Below are positions 15,805 to 19,628 of a stretch of 19,628 bases of DNA, one piece after another. Position 1 is the stretch's first letter, and each line of letters opens with the position of its first letter. Position numbers and translations under genes: made by a program. The DNA is from an uncultured Actinomycetes bacterium (GTDB taxonomy: Bacteria; Actinomycetota; Thermoleophilia; RBG-16-64-13): the NCBI GenBank assembly GCA_963841735.1, contig CAWJDT010000008.1:1-19628 (forward strand), written 5' to 3'. The notes below the pieces were generated by a model. That model did no database searches. It was not told the DNA's origin and saw only the letters and a program-made list of their open reading frames with translations.

Positions 15805-16200
15805 GTGAAGAAGATCGTGGTCCTGATGCTCCTGGTCGCCATGCTGACAAGCCTGCCTGTCCTGGCGGCGTGCGGATCCGGCGGCACGGACGTCGCGCCC
15901 GGCGGCGGCAGCTCGAAGACTGCCCCGACGACCGCGTCGACGAATGCGCCGGCCGACAAGACTTTCACCCAGAGTGAGCTCGCCCAGTACGATGGCCTGG
16001 ATGGTCAGCCCGCCTACGTCGCCGTCGACGGGGTCGTCTACGACGTCTCGGCGAGCAGCTTGTGGCGCGAAGGGAGGCACATCACTTGCGCCCTGGGCGC
16101 TGTCGCCGGGAAAGACCTCACTTCGGTAATAGCCCAAGCTCCATCCAATATGCGCTCCCTGCTGCAGACGATGCCGGTCGTCGGCCACTTGGATCAGTAG
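15805..16200 (+). CDS. Lipoprotein with cytochrome b5-like heme/steroid-binding domain
   Basis: GTG 15805 after SD AAGGGGG; lipobox LAAC; FT..ELAQYDG.DGQPAYVAVDGVVYDVS....W..G.H....AGKDLT....AP....L...PVVG.L. Confidence 0.88.
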   Translation: MKKIVVLMLLVAMLTSLPVLAACGSGGTDVAPGGGSSKTAPTTASTNAPADKTFTQSELAQYDGLDGQPAYVAVDGVVYDVSASSLWREGRHITCALGAVAGKDLTSVIAQAPSNMRSLLQTMPVVGHLDQ

Positions 16201-16376
16201 TGGACGAAGCGGCCAAGATCGCCTGGCGGTCGCGCTAGCGGTCGTCTACCGGTACGCCGCGTTGCCGCGTGGGAAGCCGGCGGACTGAGATTTGGCAGGA
16301 CACGCCGCCGACTTGGTACATTAGACTCTGCTGAGGCGCGGCGCTCCCGCGCCGCCACAGAAAGGAGAGTTGCACC

Positions 16377-16766
16377 ATGGCTTGTTTCGTAGCCCCCGCG
16401 ACCGTCGCCCTCGCGACCACAGCGGTACGCAAGGTCGTGCAGAAGAGAGAGGCAAAGGTAGCGACCGAGCACGCCGAGACGTCGGCTGCCGAGCTATCCG
16501 GCAAGTGGACTCAGAGACTGGGTTGGCTCAACACCATGCTGTGGGGCGGCACCATCATGCTGGTGCTCGACCACCTGATATCCGGCGAACTCACGTTCCA
16601 GCCGCCTTTTCTCACGGCATTGCAGACACCGGCACAAGTCGGTCCCATGCTCCGCGAGATCCTCGTGACCGGGGGAGCCATGACAGGGGCGGTGCTCGTG
16701 GTGTGGGCAGGCATGATCGTCGTGTCTGTGTTGCGAGTCAAGGCACGACTGGCCCACGAGGCGTAG
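16377..16766 (+). CDS. Uncharacterised small membrane protein with MACF N-terminus (about 3 TM)
   Basis: SD AAGGAG; MACF..., L.WLN.MLWGG..ML.LDH...GE....PPFLTA.....ML.E....G..M...V..VW pattern. Upstream is an extended -10, TGgTACATT (16314-16322). Confidence 0.75.
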   Translation: MACFVAPATVALATTAVRKVVQKREAKVATEHAETSAAELSGKWTQRLGWLNTMLWGGTIMLVLDHLISGELTFQPPFLTALQTPAQVGPMLREILVTGGAMTGAVLVVWAGMIVVSVLRVKARLAHEA

Positions 16767-16776
16767 CCGGCACGCC

Positions 16777-17130
16777 TTAGTGCCGAGCGAGGACCTCGCT
16801 CACCCGAAACTCCACGATCCGCCTTATCAGATCGGCCGGCAGCGGCTGGTCGAGAGGAAACTGGGCGGTGCCTTTGCCGGTCGCGCGCGACCCGAGCTCT
16901 TCTTTGAATGCCTGGATGCCGCCGGCACCCGGGTAGAGGCTCACGTGGCCCGCATACCCAGCGAAGTGGACCACGTGTTCGCCGGCAAGATCGTAGGTGG
17001 GTATTCCGTAGCTTATCGACTCAGTCGCCCCGGGCGCCGCTTGCCTGATGACCAAATGCATCTCCTTGAGAAGCGACTGGGCCTGAGCGGGTGCAGAGGC
17101 TATGTGCTCGTCCACCGATCGTGCTGCCAT
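16777..17130 (-). CDS. DUF1801 / YdhG-like protein
   Basis: SVDEHI..IRQAAPGATESISYGIPTY..VVHFAGYAGHVSLYP..KGT.QFPLDQPLP..LIRRIV.FR; ATG 17130. Confidence 0.9.
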   Translation of the reverse strand: MAARSVDEHIASAPAQAQSLLKEMHLVIRQAAPGATESISYGIPTYDLAGEHVVHFAGYAGHVSLYPGAGGIQAFKEELGSRATGKGTAQFPLDQPLPADLIRRIVEFRVSEVLARH

Positions 17131-17194
17131 CCCCTTGTCCACCTGCCACCTCCCACTCCGCCGGTGCTGTATATACACGTGCTAGTCTACCGGG

Positions 17195-17611
17195 ATGAAG
17201 TATGGCTCCAAACACCCCGCCGGCGCTCAGGCCGACACGCGTATCGCGGAGGCGCTGGAGAGGGTGGCAGACAACGGTCGCGTCACCTGCCCGCGGGCCC
17301 ATGCCGTTGCTGCCGAGCTGAGGGTTCCGCCCGCCGAGGTCGGCAGGACGATGGACCTGCTCGAAATGCGCATCGTCGAATGCCAGATGGGCATATTCGG
17401 CTATCAGCCTGAGAAGAAGGTCTTGAAAGCGGCCGACACGATACCCACCGAGTTGCGTGACGGGCTGTTGAGCGCCGCTCCAGAAGGACGGATCTGCTGC
17501 GCCGACTGCTGGGGGCTCGCCGTCAGCCTGGGTATCGAGAAATCCGAGGTAGCCGCTGCCTGCGAGAGCCTGGGGCTCAAGATCAAGCCTTGCCAGCTGG
17601 GGGCCTTCTGA
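17195..17611 (+). CDS. Uncharacterised Cys-rich protein with two tandem GR.xC...CQ[LM]G.F domains
   Basis: Repeat 1 is GRVTCPRAHAVAAEL.V....VGRTMD..EMRIVECQMGIF; repeat 2 is GRICCADCWGLAVSL.I....VAAACE..GLKIKPCQLGAF. Confidence 0.8.
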   Translation: MKYGSKHPAGAQADTRIAEALERVADNGRVTCPRAHAVAAELRVPPAEVGRTMDLLEMRIVECQMGIFGYQPEKKVLKAADTIPTELRDGLLSAAPEGRICCADCWGLAVSLGIEKSEVAAACESLGLKIKPCQLGAF

Positions 17612-17632
17612 GCAAGAGCCCGGGTCGATAGG

Positions 17633-17657
17633 GTTCACCGCCCCCCTAACGGGGAAA
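17633..17657 (+). promoter_or_regulatory. Candidate SigB-family promoter for ftsH
   Basis: GTTCAC-N13-GGGAAA, compared with B. subtilis SigB GTTTAA-N12-14-GGGWAW. Confidence 0.4.
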
Positions 17658-17688
17658 GTGAAGGCACCAACCACACAGATGGGGTGCG

Positions 17689-19628
17689 ATGAAGCAGAGA
17701 ACAGAAGAACATGAGACGTTGATACAGGCGCAGGAAGACACGCCCCCGCGCTATCCCGGACAGCAAGGCTCCGGCGGCACCCGGCCCGGCGGTGGCACCA
17801 AGCCCGGCGGCACCCGGCCCGGTGGCACCCGGCCCGGCGGTGGCCGCACGCCGGGCACGCCCCCTCAAGGCCAGGGGGACGCCAATGGCGGGCAGCGGTT
17901 CAAGCAGCGGCACGCTTGGCATCTGGTCGCTTATTTGATCGTCGCCTTGGTCGCGCTGTATCTCTTCCAGCAGTTCTTGGTGGGGCCGCTGACCAGTTCC
18001 TCCACAGAGCTGTCGTACAACGATTTCAAGGCCAGGGTCACCAGCAGACAAGTGGCCTCGGTGCTGATCGGGCAGCAAGAGATCACCGGCACGCTCAAGG
18101 CCACGGGCACGAACTCGAGCGGAACCGCATTCCACACCTACTACGAGCCAGACGCCGATCCGAACTTGGTCTCTGACCTCCAGACCGCCGGCGTCACGTA
18201 CTCGTTCTCAGCGCCGGCCAGCCCCGTCGGGGGGGTGCTTCTGAGTCTGCTGCCCTTCTTGCTGATAGGCGTGGTGTGGTACATCGTCTACAAGCGCATG
18301 GTGGGCCTGTCTGGGCGAGGCGGAGGTGCCGGCGGGATGTTCGGGGTGGGCAAGAGCAAGGCCACCAAGGTGGAGCCGGAGAAGGTCGGGGTCACCTTCA
18401 AGGATGTTGGTGGCGCAGATGAGGCCATCGCCGAGCTTCAGGAGATCATCCAGTTCCTCAAGACGCCAGAGCAGTTCGCGCGTCTGGGGGGGCGCATACC
18501 CAAGGGCGTCATGTTGGTGGGGCCCCCCGGCACGGGCAAGACCTTGCTGGCCAAGGCAACGGCCGGCGAAGCCGGCGTGGACTTCTTCGAGAGCAGCGGC
18601 TCCGAGTTCGTCGAGATGTTCGTGGGAGTCGGCGCGGCCCGGGTCCGCGACCTGTTCGAGCAGGCCCGCAAGTCGGCACCGGCGATAGTCTTCATCGACG
18701 AGATCGACGCCATCGGGCAGAGTCGCGGGGTCGGCCTGGGCCAAAGCGGCATGAACGACGAGCGGGAACAGACCCTCAATCAGCTGCTTGCGGAGATCGA
18801 TGGCTTCAACACCGACTCGTCGCGCCCCGTGATCATCATGGCGGCCACCAACCGGCCGGAAGTGCTCGACAAAGCGCTGTTGCGCGCAGGTCGCTTCGAC
18901 CGTCACGTGGAGGTTGGTAACCCCGATCTTATCGGCCGTGTGCAGATACTCAAGATCCACAGTAGGGACATCAAGCTGGCGAATGACTTCGACATCGAGC
19001 GAGCTGCTCGCATCACCCCCGGCTTCAGCGGCGCCGACCTGGCCAACGCCATCAACGAAGCCGCCTTGCTGGCTGCCCGGCGGAAGTCTAAGTCTGTGAC
19101 CATCAAGGACTTCGAGATCGCGATGGAGAGGGTCGTAGCCGGTCTGGAGAAGAGGAGCCGGGTGATGAACCCGCAGGAGCGGAAGACCGTCGCCTACCAC
19201 GAGTCCGGCCACGCCTTGATCGCGAGCGTGGTACCCCATGCAGACCCGGTGGCCAAGATCAGCATCATCCCCCATGCCCGCGGAGCCTTGGGCTTCGCTG
19301 TGCAGTGCCGGCGGAGCACCGCTACATCCTGACCGAGGACGACTGGCGGACCGGGTGGCGGTCATGCTGGGTGGCCGGGCCGCCGACCCAGGACCGTCTT
19401 CGGCGCCGCCATCGGCACGGGGGCCAGCGACACATCCGAGAAGGCCCACCGAGCTCGTGCGCCGCATGGTCACCAGTTCGGCATGAGCGACAAGTCGGGC
19501 TCGGTACGCTTACGCCGGCCAGCGGCTCCAATACATGGGTGAGCGGTTTGCAGAGCGACGGGCAGGTGCGCCCACATACTCAGGAGGTGATCGACGGCGA
19601 GGGTCGAGCGCATCGTCACCGAGCAGTA
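17689..19628 (+). CDS. ftsH: ATP-dependent zinc metalloprotease FtsH (partial; many indels after about 19305; runs off the window end)
   Basis: Two TM helices, Walker A GPPGTGKT, pore loop FVEMFVGVG, Walker [31 protein letters not shown] and HESGH. Downstream motifs RYIL, MLGGRAA, TGASD, RRMVT, FGMSD and ID.EV..IV are recognisable across shifting frames. Confidence 0.93.
17773..17835 (+). repeat. 15-nt tandem repeats encoding GGT[RK]P x4 in the FtsH N-terminus
   Basis: GGYGGCACCCGGCCC-like units at 17773, 17791, 17806 and 17821. Confidence 0.85.

Noticed and set aside
16255-16335. Cobalamin riboswitch suggested by GGGAAGCCGG upstream of the MACF gene
   Set aside because: The following core elements (AATCCGG, GCCCCCGCxACTGT, B12 box) are absent, and the segment lies upstream of the likely -10 box.
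15278-19332. Complete eCIS or prophage locus with the AAA ATPase as Afp15
   Set aside because: The ATPase is a canonical membrane FtsH with HExxH, and no structural tail genes, integrase or att sites are visible.

Overview
High-GC bacterial chromosomal segment, probably from an anaerobic or facultative Actinomycetota-like host. The host call is inference, from the coiled-coil NlpC/P60 protein, two MMPL transporters, LigD, Thr-rich lipoproteins and leaderless-type starts. About 23 genes, mostly housekeeping or stress functions: LigD 3' end, NlpC/P60 hydrolase, DUF6141-MarR/HAE3 transporter, dodecin, nitroreductase, PPi-dependent Pfk, rhodanese lipoprotein, cupin, STAS anti-anti-sigma factor, bacterioferritin-like protein, glnK-amtB (amtB has a 1-nt frameshift), MMPL, cytochrome b5-like lipoprotein, DUF1801 and an ftsH whose last ~330 nt are full of indels, most likely sequence errors at the contig end. 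I saw no tRNA, rRNA, CRISPR, IS element or integrase. The most notable observations are: an orphan Pvc16/DUF4255 (contractile injection system cap) gene with no other tail genes; five SigB/SigF-type promoter candidates around a STAS gene; an unannotated 39-aa, apparently internally deleted DUF1858 ORF inside a Cys/sulfur-flavoured gene run; and a cluster of small uncharacterised heme/metal-ligand proteins. All family calls come from motif recognition without a database search. No complete novel system can be demonstrated from the sequence alone.
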